IMG/VR virus record: IMGVR_UViG_3300021400_005610
Origin: a virus
Taxonomy: Duplodnaviria > Heunggongvirae > Uroviricota > Caudoviricetes
Strand: one strand, 5' to 3'
Length of the DNA stretch: 36,205 nucleotides
This document shows, in pieces, positions 23,485 through 34,290 of the stretch. Each line of letters starts with the position of its first letter. Position 1 is the first letter of the stretch. The notes under the pieces were generated by a model, which was given only the letters and a program-made list of their open reading frames with translations, did not search any database and had not been told where the DNA came from. Made by a program: the position numbers and the translations under genes.

Positions 23485-26400
23485 GTGTGCATCATGGACA
23501 ATAAAAAGCATACAAAAAAGAGAATTATATCCTTTATTGCATGCATACTTGCTGTAGTAATGGTATCAGCTGTGATTCTGCCTGTATCCGAAGTTACGGC
23601 CACTAAAAATTATCAAATTGAAGGTTTGGTAATTTGGGGCACATCTAATGTTGCACGTATTTATAATGACTTAGGTGATGAAGTTTATGCTCGTGGTAGT
23701 GGGCGTGAAGGTAGCGATGAGCAGCCTGAGCATATTTGGACATCACCTCTTGGCAACGGTGGTTATCTTAATTATGGTAAGTTTAGGAATTATTCCGTTG
23801 CTGATGCACCTGGTTATGCGGCTTTGTATGACTATGGTGGTGGTGTTACGCAGGATACAACACATCAATCAAATGCAGGTCCACAAGTCTATTTTGGTCT
23901 TTTACAGGCACGGGATCGTGGTTGGTTTACGGATAAAGATGGCAATCCAAAATGTCAGTGTGCTGTTGTTTTGTATACTGGTGAGGATTGGATTGTTCGT
24001 AATGCAGATAGCTCTGATAAGGGTTTGAGAGGCGATGAAGCACCTACTATTATGAGGGCTGACTGGATGGGTCTTGACGTCGAGGATGATAATGGTGAGA
24101 TTGGAGAACCTGCCACGACGTTTTTTGCTCATTATTTTGATCCTGCACCTGGTGCAAATGGTCAAGATCCTTTAGGTGATGTTTTACATCAGCATATTTC
24201 CTCTGGAAATGAACATCATGCAACAGGTGATTTGACACCTACCAATGGTTCTCATATTGGTCGTGAAGAAAATGTTGTTGCTGTTGATATTGATGATGAG
24301 GATTGTTTATTTGATGACTATGCTGGTGCGCCAAGTGATCGTATTGGTGAAGCTACGTCAGGTAGTGATTGGCATCACAGCGAAGTTTGGAATAACAGTT
24401 ATATGATATCCGACGAGCATTTGACTTCATGGGAAGACAATGGCGACGGACATATGAATCTCGGTAGTGGTTTCTCTTATGATGAGGAACATGATAGTAT
24501 TAGTGTTGAATTAGAGCATGAGATGAATCAGTTGTCTGATCCTTGGAAAGAGGATGAAACTCTTCCATTGCAGGCTGGTACAACATATGCTCGTATTTTA
24601 GGCGGATATAATTATGAAGTAGAGTTCTTGATTCAAGATATTGAAAAGACTCCAGAGGGTCACTTGAATGAAACGAAGAAAATTCGATATTATACGCCTA
24701 CTTTACATACTTCTTATCCGCGTGTTTTGGATGATGGTGCACAAACCACCTTTACAACCACTACGATTGGTAGTAGTGATAGTTCTGATGCTCAGTCTTG
24801 GACGTATAATCCAAGTGGAACGACGACTTATAATGGGGAGGATTGGGACCATTCTGGTTTAAATGCTAACAATTGGGATGCAGATCCCGAATATCAGATT
24901 GTATATGATGGTTCAACAGCTACGTGGATTCCGAATTGGGTTGATGAAGGTGAATATGTAACAACTACTGATACAGATACTGATCCTGTAACAGGTGCGA
25001 CTACTACAACGACAACAACCGAATGGGTGTCGAATTGGGTTGATAGAGGTTGGTATGAATATACTAACTCGTATCATTATGAGTATAGAACTACGGTAAA
25101 TCGTCCTGCTTGGTATGATTGGCAAGAAGTTGAGGTTGAAGTAGATACTCGTTGTGATGAAGATAAGGCACCTAATGCGGGGTACGCTGATTCTATGCAT
25201 TATCATTTAATCGGCGGTAATCATAAAGATACTCGTTCTGAAGAAGTCGATAAAGATGGCAATCATTTAACTGATTTATATGCAGGTAGTGGTTGGGGAC
25301 AAGATCCAGATTTGGATGCAGAGAATTATCAAACACCGATAGGTGGTTCTACTACATATCAGGGTGTTGGCGAAGATACTGTTGACAGTACTAAGCTTGA
25401 GATGTGGTATACGAACCCTGAAAAACCTATTATGAAGCCTGATACAGATAGCCGTCATGTTAAGGGTTATATTGAGTTCTGGAAGTCAGAACTTGGTAGT
25501 GATTTGAAGGTTTATCAGTTTGGTATGGGTCCTTATAATAAGGCTATTTATGATGACCAAATGGACGAGTATTGGACAGACGGTGGCGGTTTGACCGACA
25601 CTGGTCGTGGTACAAATATTCCTACGGATACCAATAATGATGGTAAGGTCGATTTGAAAGACCGTGTTAATACGAATAATGCCAATACAATGTCTGTTGC
25701 GGAGTTGGGTGGTATCTCTGATTCTAAATGGGTTGTTGGTGGTACTACTGATAATACTTGGGATTTCCGAGCTGGTGGTGCTGGTTATCGAATTGATGAG
25801 ATTACCAGAACGAAGCGTATTGATAGTGCTCGTAAGCAGTTCAATAATGCTGCGAAACCTGCTGGTGCCAAGTTTATTGAGACGTGGGATATTACGTTAG
25901 ATCATACACCATATTATCGTTTCCATGCAGTTGTTAGTGCAGGTGCTACTTTAAGTAGTAATGATGACGCTCAGCATGGTAAGTGGTACGATAGAAATGT
26001 CGATCAATGGATTTTCCACATGTTATATTCGACCGTTCTTCAGGATAATCCGAACCCTGATCAGGATGAACCAATTGATATTAGTTTGTATGGTGCGTCA
26101 TGTGCTTTGACAGCGTATGCGAATGAAGCATTAGGTCCGTCTGGTCGTGAAGGAGGTAGCGGAACGGTTCATCAATTAACTGAAGTATTAGCTGGTGGTC
26201 CTGGTGGAGCTGGCGCAATCGTAGGTTATGGTGATAAGGACTATGGTGATGAGGAACGTGGTTTCTTAAGCAACTATGTTGTTTATGATACTGAAACGAA
26301 CTCTGTTTCTTCCTACGCAGCTTTGATGGGTTTGGAAGATGGCGCAGCAAGTTCTGCTACGTATGAATATGCTCGTTATGGTCATTTGCTTCAAGACTTA

Positions 26401-28569
26401 GGTATTGATGAGGTTGGACAGGAATCGAGCGTAAGTCCTCGTACTGTTTCTGGTCTGTTCGTTATGGGTGGTTTTGCCGTTAACGCTGGTGTAACTTGCG
26501 TTTGGGATTTTGCTTTGGATTTACTGAAAGGATTAAATCCATTCCAGATCTTCCATAATGCATCAGAAATTGCTGCGGCTGCTAAGAGCGGTATGTACAA
26601 CTCGTCAGATTCTTATTTAGTAAAGTTGGCAGTTGATCATCCGCCTGTACAAAAGATGCTGACCAGTCTTGGTAAGCTGTATGATACTTTGGCTGGTGGT
26701 TGGTGGAGTTCCAATGTGACATTGACTGATGCGTTTAATCCAAGTCAAACAACGGTACATCGTTATCACTTTAGCTTTACAACCTTGTATCTGTTATTGT
26801 TTATCGCTTGGTTCTTACTGGCTTACAATATGTTACAACGTACTGGCCGTTGGGGTCAGGAAGTTAGAAGTAAGACCAAAGCATTGTTAATTCGAATTGT
26901 GTTCTTTGCGGTTGGTGTTCCTTTGCTTGGCATGTGTTATACACAGGTACTGAACGGTGTTGACGAAGTCGCATCGGTTGCTGCTTCTCCAAGTGCACAA
27001 ATGGTTGCTTCGACATTTGTTGATTTCAGCCGTTGGGTTGAACATTCACGTTTGGATCCGCCTGCTGATGCAACGCTTGTTTCGTCAAGCGGTAATGCAT
27101 CTGGTGCAGGTAAGGCAAGTGGCGATAGCATCTTGAATTTGAGAAAGACTGCATGGGCAATCAACTCTGAGACAGAGTTGTTCCCGAATCTTGATTCAAG
27201 TTCGTGGGCTGGTAAGCTTGGTGATGCAAGAGCATGGGATGCTACCATGATTCAAGAATACACAGCAGCAAAGTCCGAAGATTTCTTTGGTAGCGTGCGT
27301 GGTGTACAGCAAGTCTTTAAGGTTTTGCGTGAGTATATGGGCGGCGATATGTATTATTCGTCTGACTTTAACTCCGCAACGATGACAGCTTTTGCTGCAT
27401 CGAATGCAGCCAGTGTAGGTAATCATATTGGTATCGATCTTGAAACTGGTAAGCATACAGATGTTCCTGATGATTTTAATGATAATTCATTGTATCAGAT
27501 GTTTGAACAAACTGTTGATAAACAAGAGTGGATGGATCGTTCTGTTGATGAGAATACGCAGATCTTTGCAGGAAATGGAAAGTTTGGTTCAGGTTCATCT
27601 GATGGTACAGACTGGTCACTGTTCAATATTTATGCGAATGGTGCGTTGACTGCAAATGCATCACCTGGTTATAGCAGTGTTGCCAGTGGTAATAGAGATT
27701 CGTTTACGAATGCTACGATTACTTATGGTTCGAGTAGAACTGGTGCGATTGGTCATAATGGTGGATTGAGCATGTCAACAAAGACAGGTTTGTCGACATT
27801 GGCTATGTACAATTACCTGTGTACTGATTTCCAGAATTCTCGTCTGTTGATCTTCTCGGTTGCGAATGCACCGAATGGTCATACAGCGTCTGCACATTAT
27901 AAGGTTAATATGATTGGTTCTGGTGCAATTGGTGGATTGTTCTTCTTCAACTGCTTGGCATTCTTGTTTGCGTGTGCGATTGTCGGCTTTGTCTATGCTT
28001 TAGGTATGGCGTTTGCCGTCATCAAGCGTGGTTTCAAGATGATTATGTCCATTCCTGTTGCATTGGTTGGTGTTCTTCCAGCTATTATACGTGTGGTTGT
28101 ATATGTGATTTCCATGATTTTGGAAATTATCGTATCGATTCTCGCATATCAGGTAATTGCTGAATTCCTGTTTGCGTTCGTGACATTTGTTGAAGGTCCG
28201 ATTTACAGTATGTTGCAGAATACTACAACGACTGGTTTGGTCGGTGGTATTGTCAACTGGATTGGTCCTGCAAATGTGTCAGTTGCTGGTTCTTTGACAG
28301 TATATCTGGTCAGCTTGGTAGTGAGCGGCGGACTGTTGTTTGCTGGTAGCGGATTGCTGATTAAAGTATATCCCACCTTCATGCGTGTGTTCTGTAAGGC
28401 TGTGGATGTGTTCTATTTGAAGAGTTGTGTGAATGCAGAGCAAGCGGAAGCTTATCTGAAAACATGGGAAATTCCTGTTCCAGAACTGCCGATTCCAGAA
28501 CAACGTCTTGTCAGTGTTTACACCGCATTTATGCAGGTGTTATATGGTCCGTCATATGCGTCTTGTTGA
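23485..28569 (+). CDS. Giant secreted/polytopic membrane protein, possibly a VirB6/TrbL-like conjugation component
   Basis: 1694 aa; signal peptide, about 1000 aa acidic G/D/W/T-rich ectodomain, then several TM clusters; function inferred from topology only. Confidence 0.55.
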   Translation: MCIMDNKKHTKKRIISFIACILAVVMVSAVILPVSEVTATKNYQIEGLVIWGTSNVARIYNDLGDEVYARGSGREGSDEQPEHIWTSPLGNGGYLNYGKFRNYSVADAPGYAALYDYGGGVTQDTTHQSNAGPQVYFGLLQARDRGWFTDKDGNPKCQCAVVLYTGEDWIVRNADSSDKGLRGDEAPTIMRADWMGLDVEDDNGEIGEPATTFFAHYFDPAPGANGQDPLGDVLHQHISSGNEHHATGDLTPTNGSHIGREENVVAVDIDDEDCLFDDYAGAPSDRIGEATSGSDWHHSEVWNNSYMISDEHLTSWEDNGDGHMNLGSGFSYDEEHDSISVELEHEMNQLSDPWKEDETLPLQAGTTYARILGGYNYEVEFLIQDIEKTPEGHLNETKKIRYYTPTLHTSYPRVLDDGAQTTFTTTTIGSSDSSDAQSWTYNPSGTTTYNGEDWDHSGLNANNWDADPEYQIVYDGSTATWIPNWVDEGEYVTTTDTDTDPVTGATTTTTTTEWVSNWVDRGWYEYTNSYHYEYRTTVNRPAWYDWQEVEVEVDTRCDEDKAPNAGYADSMHYHLIGGNHKDTRSEEVDKDGNHLTDLYAGSGWGQDPDLDAENYQTPIGGSTTYQGVGEDTVDSTKLEMWYTNPEKPIMKPDTDSRHVKGYIEFWKSELGSDLKVYQFGMGPYNKAIYDDQMDEYWTDGGGLTDTGRGTNIPTDTNNDGKVDLKDRVNTNNANTMSVAELGGISDSKWVVGGTTDNTWDFRAGGAGYRIDEITRTKRIDSARKQFNNAAKPAGAKFIETWDITLDHTPYYRFHAVVSAGATLSSNDDAQHGKWYDRNVDQWIFHMLYSTVLQDNPNPDQDEPIDISLYGASCALTAYANEALGPSGREGGSGTVHQLTEVLAGGPGGAGAIVGYGDKDYGDEERGFLSNYVVYDTETNSVSSYAALMGLEDGAASSATYEYARYGHLLQDLGIDEVGQESSVSPRTVSGLFVMGGFAVNAGVTCVWDFALDLLKGLNPFQIFHNASEIAAAAKSGMYNSSDSYLVKLAVDHPPVQKMLTSLGKLYDTLAGGWWSSNVTLTDAFNPSQTTVHRYHFSFTTLYLLLFIAWFLLAYNMLQRTGRWGQEVRSKTKALLIRIVFFAVGVPLLGMCYTQVLNGVDEVASVAASPSAQMVASTFVDFSRWVEHSRLDPPADATLVSSSGNASGAGKASGDSILNLRKTAWAINSETELFPNLDSSSWAGKLGDARAWDATMIQEYTAAKSEDFFGSVRGVQQVFKVLREYMGGDMYYSSDFNSATMTAFAASNAASVGNHIGIDLETGKHTDVPDDFNDNSLYQMFEQTVDKQEWMDRSVDENTQIFAGNGKFGSGSSDGTDWSLFNIYANGALTANASPGYSSVASGNRDSFTNATITYGSSRTGAIGHNGGLSMSTKTGLSTLAMYNYLCTDFQNSRLLIFSVANAPNGHTASAHYKVNMIGSGAIGGLFFFNCLAFLFACAIVGFVYALGMAFAVIKRGFKMIMSIPVALVGVLPAIIRVVVYVISMILEIIVSILAYQVIAEFLFAFVTFVEGPIYSMLQNTTTTGLVGGIVNWIGPANVSVAGSLTVYLVSLVVSGGLLFAGSGLLIKVYPTFMRVFCKAVDVFYLKSCVNAEQAEAYLKTWEIPVPELPIPEQRLVSVYTAFMQVLYGPSYASC

Positions 28570-28663
28570 TGAAAAAGACGGATTGCGTTATGATAGTTTA
28601 TGAATTATAATAAGCGTGAGGATTAGGCAGGCTTGCAGCCCTTACGCTTAGCATGAGAGTGTG

Positions 28664-28707
28664 AAAGGGGCTGTCGTAGCAATATATTTGTGCGAAAGCC
28701 CCTTTTT
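28664..28707 (+). terminator. Intrinsic terminator
   Basis: AAAGGGGCT...AGCCCCTTTTT. Confidence 0.65.
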
Positions 28708-28759
28708 CTCAGATCATCTTCTTATCGTATTTTATTATTTTGGAAAGGAGATATAAGAG

Positions 28760-29650
28760 ATGGCTGAAGAAAAGAAAAATAGTGTGCAGGATGCTCAAAA
28801 GAATGCTCCTGATGTTGCACGAAAAGAAGATTTACAGATTACTGTGCCGAATGTATTTGATACCAAGAATAATCTGAATGTGAAGATGGTATCCGTTGTA
28901 GATGCATCTTCTAAGAACGGTTTCCGTACTTTTGGTGTGAATACAGAGGATATCGTGAGTCAGCGTACTGAGACGGGAAAGAATGGTAAGGTGAATACCT
29001 TGTCGACGATTCAGTTGCGTGATGATGTATCGAAACCTTATGATACGAGTATCTTGGTTGGTAAGGATTCGAATGGTAAACCTCAATATGCACATGATTT
29101 TAAGACAGGTGCCGAGATTAAGGCTTTATGGGATTTACAGGCTCAAGCTAATCAGAATAAGCAGGTTCAGCATGAAACTGCTACTCCTGTTGCAGAGGTA
29201 TCTGCACCGCAGCCTAAGGCTGCTAATGTGAAACCTGTTATTATTAACGGTGTTCCTGTAAGTGATATTAAGTTTGCCGAAGGTGATCAGAAGTTTTCTC
29301 GTGCTAAGATTGCAGATCCAGCATCTGATTGTGGTTATGGTTGGTTGACAGTGCCGAAAGGTAATGTTTTCCAGCAGCATAAGGATCGTCCACAGGAACG
29401 TAATATCAATTTGAGAGAGCCTGGCTCGAAGTTGTATTATCAGATTCAGTCTGGCGGTAAGTGGGTTGAAAAGACGAAAGATGATGGTACAGCATTTACG
29501 AACGAAGATTTGCGTGATATGTGGAAAGAACAACAGTCTGCTAAGCGTGCAAGTCGTACGGCTGCTTTGAGTGAAAAGGTGGAGAGTATGATGAAGCCTG
29601 TTGAACAGAAAGCTGTAGTAGATGAGTTGGATGAAGAGGCATTCTCCTAA
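28760..29650 (+). CDS. Hypothetical protein
   Basis: 296 aa; SD AAAGGAG. Confidence 0.8.
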   Translation: MAEEKKNSVQDAQKNAPDVARKEDLQITVPNVFDTKNNLNVKMVSVVDASSKNGFRTFGVNTEDIVSQRTETGKNGKVNTLSTIQLRDDVSKPYDTSILVGKDSNGKPQYAHDFKTGAEIKALWDLQAQANQNKQVQHETATPVAEVSAPQPKAANVKPVIINGVPVSDIKFAEGDQKFSRAKIADPASDCGYGWLTVPKGNVFQQHKDRPQERNINLREPGSKLYYQIQSGGKWVEKTKDDGTAFTNEDLRDMWKEQQSAKRASRTAALSEKVESMMKPVEQKAVVDELDEEAFS

Positions 29651-29728
29651 TTCATATTGTGTCTTTCCAAAATATCATAATGAATGATGGTCTGAATTGA
29701 TTATGTTTTATAATAGGAGGGCAGTGTT

Positions 29729-30259
29729 ATGGCATTATTTGATTATAATCGTGTAATGTCATCTGCTACAAAAGAGAAAACAGCTGAAAAGTCCGAGTTA
29801 ACAAAAAAGTCTGAATTGACTTCGGAGGCTGTAGTCTCCGAGCAAGCAGACGTGAAAGCGTCTATTGGGGAACCTGTCGTTTTAAGACGGGTTCCCATGG
29901 ACATTATTAAACCATCTTTGATTGATGGTTATTTGAAAATGGATGTTAAGGACGATTTGTCTGAAAATGGGAAAGGTACAGTTTATGTGCCGTCCGATTG
30001 TGTAAAGCAATCTTATGATAATAATCGGGCTGTGCTTCCAGGTATGCGGGATATTGAGATTCCGTCGTCATTACAAGATCGTCTTGTATATACAATGACA
30101 TCTGGTGGTAAATTGGACAGAGTTTCCATTGATGTTGATCGATTGAAAAGTTTAGTTGAAGCACAGTCTGTATTACACAAAGATGCAAGGCAGACTGATA
30201 TACTGTCTCGTAATATTCAGCAAGTTGATGACTTTGCTAATGAATATGAAAATGTGTGA
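29729..30259 (+). CDS. Hypothetical protein
   Basis: 176 aa; SD AGGAGG. Confidence 0.75.
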   Translation: MALFDYNRVMSSATKEKTAEKSELTKKSELTSEAVVSEQADVKASIGEPVVLRRVPMDIIKPSLIDGYLKMDVKDDLSENGKGTVYVPSDCVKQSYDNNRAVLPGMRDIEIPSSLQDRLVYTMTSGGKLDRVSIDVDRLKSLVEAQSVLHKDARQTDILSRNIQQVDDFANEYENV

Positions 30260-30276
30260 GAAAGGAGATTTGAGGT

Positions 30277-32778
30277 ATGGCTGATGAGAATAGACAAGAT
30301 AGCTTGGCTGTCGAAACGCCTGTGGATCAAGCCGCACTCAGAGAGCAGTCTGCTTTACAAGAAGAGCAAGACGAAGATCTTGCCTTAGCTATGCAAGGTT
30401 TAGATGAAGATTCTTTGAGTGATGAATATAATCCTGATGAGTTATTAGTCTCTGACCAGCCTTCTGGTGATGCACCAACAACTGATGTTGCTCCTGCTGA
30501 AAAACAGGGTCTTGTCGATACGGTAAAGGACGCTGCAGAGGAGCAAGTGGAACAGAAGGTTGATGTTATTGAAGATACCATGACCTATAAAGGTAATTAT
30601 CAGAACGTGTTAGCTCGTGTTCTTGATAATATTGGTGTTCAATTTGGTGATGATAGTGTCATTGGTGGTTTTCTGCATCGTTTGGCTGCGAATATTGAGC
30701 AAGCCGATGGCGACAACTGGAAGAATGTTGAGCCAGAGTTGTTGAATGAAACGAATGCGGCTAAGTTGGAGGCTTTACAAGCCGAAGAAGGAACTTCTTC
30801 TGAACAATCATCCGAACAGCCATCTGCTGGTGATGGTGCAAGTGTTTCTGCAGAGGGTGAAGCCCAGTCTGGTGATGCATCCGCTGCTCCTGTGACTGGA
30901 GAACAGGATGGTTCCGAAGTGCAGTCGGAGCAAAATACTCCATCGGATGTGGAATTTGGTTCCACTGTAACGTTGGAAGATGATGCTACGAAATCTGAAG
31001 ATGTTGTAATTACGTCTGAAGATGTGACAACAAAGTCTGACGAGACAGTTGTTAAATCAGAAGAGCCTGTTGCATCGTCTGATGTAGCGGCTTCTGAAAC
31101 TTCGTCTGATTTGTTTAAAAATGGCGAAGTTGTTGAAGAAACATCTATTGACAGTGCACCTTTAGCGGCTACTGTTGAGACAAATCTTGCAGAAGGTGTT
31201 GCAAGAGACGTTGTTCTTGATGAAAAGACTGAAGCACAGCGTGATATCATGGAAGATGAAATTTTGGCTCGTGCTGGTATTACAGTTGATAAAGTCGAAG
31301 CCGCTCAAGATGCTATTGCCGCGACAGATTCTGTATCGTATGTAGACGAGCTTGCTCGTCAGGCTGCTGCTGTTGAAGATGGTTCTCATGCTGCAGGCAC
31401 TATCCATGATTTGGATAAGGCTGTGGCACAGAATGCTACGAGTAATCCTGTTGCGACGGGTCAGGCGTTAGAGACATTCAATGAAACCAGTATGCAACAC
31501 ATTGAAAATGTGTATGCACCTGGAACCCCTGAGTATGAAGCCGCCGTGAAGAATCTGGAGACTGTTCAGACCACTATGAGTCAGACATATTATGAAACTG
31601 TGTTGGCGACTGAACAGACAGGTAAGACTTTGACAACAGAAGAAGTTCAAGCCATTGATAATTTGAACTTGGGTGATGGTGTGCAGGTTCCATATTCTCA
31701 GTTTACGCCTGATACTGATATTTCTATTCGTGCAGATGCGGATGCAGCGGATATTGCTCAGCAAGAGCACGAACAGTATGTTCAGGAAGGTATAGAACGT
31801 GCTTCTACGGGTCTTCAGTCATTGGATGGCGTAGAAGTGTTGAGGAGTTCTGATGGAAAGGTCTTGCAGGACGTTTCTGCAGAAGAACGTGAATCTAATG
31901 AATATATGGCTCGTACGGCTCGTAATGACGTATCACAAGGTCATATGTTGAAGAATGCGGATGCAAGTATTGATATTGATCATGATACATTGGGTCTGCA
32001 GGACTTCAGCATGCTTCGTATGCATATGCAAGGACAGTTACGTGATTTACGTAGTCCTAATATGCAGCTTCGTACTCAAATGGGCGAAGAAGCAAATCCT
32101 ATGATTGCCAACAATTATATGACATCTATGCATGGTTTGCAGGCATATAATGATGCTGCTGCAGATGCGATTCGTACTCAGTATGCAAACGATCCTGAGG
32201 CATTGCAGAAGGCAACAGATGGTTTGGCAAATAGTATGCGTGTCATGATTACGGAGATGTGGGATGCTTATAAGAATGACGATGAAGCATTGAATTTCTT
32301 CTCAGAGGAAGATATTGCAGAGTTGGATGCAATGCAGTTTACAGGCGTCAATGTGAAATACAGTGATTATATGCCTGGTATGAATTTGAAGAATGGTGAG
32401 ATGTTAGAATCGCCAAGTGCGTATCAAGATTTGGATCTTGAGACAGCGTTACAGCAAGACGGCATGGCTGATTCTGCTGATATGCGTGTTTATGCGAATA
32501 TGGATGTTCCGTCTGGTGGTTCTTGGGCTGTTGATAAAGAAGCTGTCAATAAGGATACATTCATTCAGGAGCCTGTATTCGAAGAAGAACGTGCTGCTAT
32601 GGAAACTGGTCAGCAGGTATTGCAGCGTAATGAAATTCCTTCTATCTTTAAGCGTGCTGGCTTGTGGCAGAGTATCGCAGGTAAAGATAGAGGTGCTATG
32701 GCTGAGTCGTTGTTTAGCAATGTTCTTGCCGCCGAGAACGGAGGCAAGGGCCGTGATGACCTTGGCTTGAGTATTTAA
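30277..32778 (+). CDS. Large acidic, low-complexity hypothetical protein
   Basis: 833 aa; SD GAGG; E/D/A/Q-rich. Confidence 0.85.
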   Translation: MADENRQDSLAVETPVDQAALREQSALQEEQDEDLALAMQGLDEDSLSDEYNPDELLVSDQPSGDAPTTDVAPAEKQGLVDTVKDAAEEQVEQKVDVIEDTMTYKGNYQNVLARVLDNIGVQFGDDSVIGGFLHRLAANIEQADGDNWKNVEPELLNETNAAKLEALQAEEGTSSEQSSEQPSAGDGASVSAEGEAQSGDASAAPVTGEQDGSEVQSEQNTPSDVEFGSTVTLEDDATKSEDVVITSEDVTTKSDETVVKSEEPVASSDVAASETSSDLFKNGEVVEETSIDSAPLAATVETNLAEGVARDVVLDEKTEAQRDIMEDEILARAGITVDKVEAAQDAIAATDSVSYVDELARQAAAVEDGSHAAGTIHDLDKAVAQNATSNPVATGQALETFNETSMQHIENVYAPGTPEYEAAVKNLETVQTTMSQTYYETVLATEQTGKTLTTEEVQAIDNLNLGDGVQVPYSQFTPDTDISIRADADAADIAQQEHEQYVQEGIERASTGLQSLDGVEVLRSSDGKVLQDVSAEERESNEYMARTARNDVSQGHMLKNADASIDIDHDTLGLQDFSMLRMHMQGQLRDLRSPNMQLRTQMGEEANPMIANNYMTSMHGLQAYNDAAADAIRTQYANDPEALQKATDGLANSMRVMITEMWDAYKNDDEALNFFSEEDIAELDAMQFTGVNVKYSDYMPGMNLKNGEMLESPSAYQDLDLETALQQDGMADSADMRVYANMDVPSGGSWAVDKEAVNKDTFIQEPVFEEERAAMETGQQVLQRNEIPSIFKRAGLWQSIAGKDRGAMAESLFSNVLAAENGGKGRDDLGLSI

Positions 32779-32824
32779 TTTTCTGTGAAATGTTGAATTG
32801 TTCTGATTTTTATGGTATGATTTT

Positions 32825-32866
32825 AGCGCAGGCGGGTTAGTCCTGCCTGCGCTTTGTCGTTTTTTT
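32825..32866 (+). terminator. GC-rich terminator-like hairpin
   Basis: AGCGCAGGCGGG/CCTGCCTGCGCT followed by a T-rich tail. Confidence 0.7.
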
Positions 32867-32913
32867 ATAACGACATGTTGTGATAGTTACTTAGCAAAAA
32901 GGATGGTGCACTT

Positions 32914-33162
32914 ATGAGCAAAAGGCTTACTTTGCCAAACACACGCCGTCCCTTGGTCTTTGCTCCGTCATATGAACTTCCTATGACGGATAGGAACGGA
33001 AGGCGTTTGCCGTTGCCTGAATATGATGAGACGTTATTGAATTTTGATCAGGGGACGAGACAACCCAGCAAGATATCCGACCGAGGCCGTTATGCTGAAG
33101 CGTTTTTTAAGGTGAACGATGTAGTTGAGGTCGAAAGCGAGGATTATTTCTTGGATAAATAG
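32914..33162 (+). CDS. 82-aa hypothetical protein
   Basis: SD AAAGGA; shares the DRGxxAExxF motif with the upstream 833-aa protein. Confidence 0.7.
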   Translation: MSKRLTLPNTRRPLVFAPSYELPMTDRNGRRLPLPEYDETLLNFDQGTRQPSKISDRGRYAEAFFKVNDVVEVESEDYFLDK

Positions 33163-33189
33163 TAGTGATAAAACTTCAGAGAGGAGGAA

Positions 33190-33603
33190 TTGGCGATGGT
33201 GGATGTTGATTCAATCAAACAAGCTCTGGAGAATACGCTAAATGGAAATATTCTATCAACGGATTCAATCTATGGTATTTTGATTATCGTTGGTATTGCG
33301 TGGCTGGTGTATCGAGGGATTAAGAAAGCAACAAGTAGTTTTTCATCCATTGTAGGATTTATTTTGTTACTTGAGATTGGTCATATCGTAGCATTCAGTA
33401 CCGCATTAGGGTCAGATATTCCGCTTCTCCAGCAGATATTTAAGTATGATGTTCTTACAGCATTGGCGCAGTTGTGCGTTGGTACGAAAATATCTGATTT
33501 CTTACTGTATGTACAAGCATACCTAACAGGTGTTCTACAACTGGTGGTTGTGAAGATAACTTGGTTATTGGATCATTTGATGACAAATTTTCCAGCCAGT
33601 TGA
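33190..33603 (+). CDS. Membrane protein
   Basis: 137 aa; SD GAGGAGG; several hydrophobic helices. Confidence 0.75.
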   Translation: MAMVDVDSIKQALENTLNGNILSTDSIYGILIIVGIAWLVYRGIKKATSSFSSIVGFILLLEIGHIVAFSTALGSDIPLLQQIFKYDVLTALAQLCVGTKISDFLLYVQAYLTGVLQLVVVKITWLLDHLMTNFPAS

Positions 33604-33617
33604 TAGTAAATTGAAAG

Positions 33618-34265
33618 GTGGATTTAGTTATGCGTCAGTCTCAGTCAATTTATAGTGGTCTATCTGCCTCGAAAGGTGTGCAGAGGGATGTTTATGAAGG
33701 TCAATGGAAAGGCAAGATAGTTCGGTTTGATAGAGTGTTTCGCAATCATCGTTTTACAGATGATGAATGTAAAGCATTATGTAATGATGAGATGCTTGAA
33801 ATACATGATTTAGAGCGTAATGGTGTTCATTATGCTGTTGCTGGGTGTTTGCAAATGCAACCGTATCTTGATACAAATGGTATGCCGTTAGCTCGGTTCA
33901 AAGCAGATCATACGATTTCCTATGACCCAGAATATACGTTTGAAAATAGAGTACCACGAAAAGCAGATGGGTCTGCTATTTTGGTAGGGAATAAAGGTTC
34001 TCAGCAGCCATCTTCATATGTATTTGATGATGATTTAGATCCATTTAAGCTGGACGAAGAACAGGCGCAGAATGAAGCGTTTTTGAGTGCGTTGTTACAA
34101 GAACCGATCATTCCTCGTTTAGTTAAGCTTCCTGGTAATGGTGATTTGCCAGTATTCGTTCCGTTTATTACGTTAATGACGGAAGAAGAGATTCAAGAGG
34201 TTGCGAAGCGGGCAGGAGCCGTTCCTTGGGATGGCGATCCATGGTATGATTCGAATGCGATTTAG
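33618..34265 (+). CDS. Hypothetical protein with a segment resembling type IA topoisomerase C-terminal repeats
   Basis: GQWKGKIVRFDRVFRNHRFTDDECKALCNDEMLEI; resemblance recalled, not searched. Confidence 0.5.
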   Translation: MDLVMRQSQSIYSGLSASKGVQRDVYEGQWKGKIVRFDRVFRNHRFTDDECKALCNDEMLEIHDLERNGVHYAVAGCLQMQPYLDTNGMPLARFKADHTISYDPEYTFENRVPRKADGSAILVGNKGSQQPSSYVFDDDLDPFKLDEEQAQNEAFLSALLQEPIIPRLVKLPGNGDLPVFVPFITLMTEEEIQEVAKRAGAVPWDGDPWYDSNAI

Positions 34266-34290
34266 TTTGTTTTATAGTGAAAAAAAAATT

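Noticed and set aside
24050-32770. Numerous 60-200 aa ORFs antisense to or out of frame within the long plus-strand genes
   Set aside because: Shadows of real CDSs; low-complexity translations without SD.
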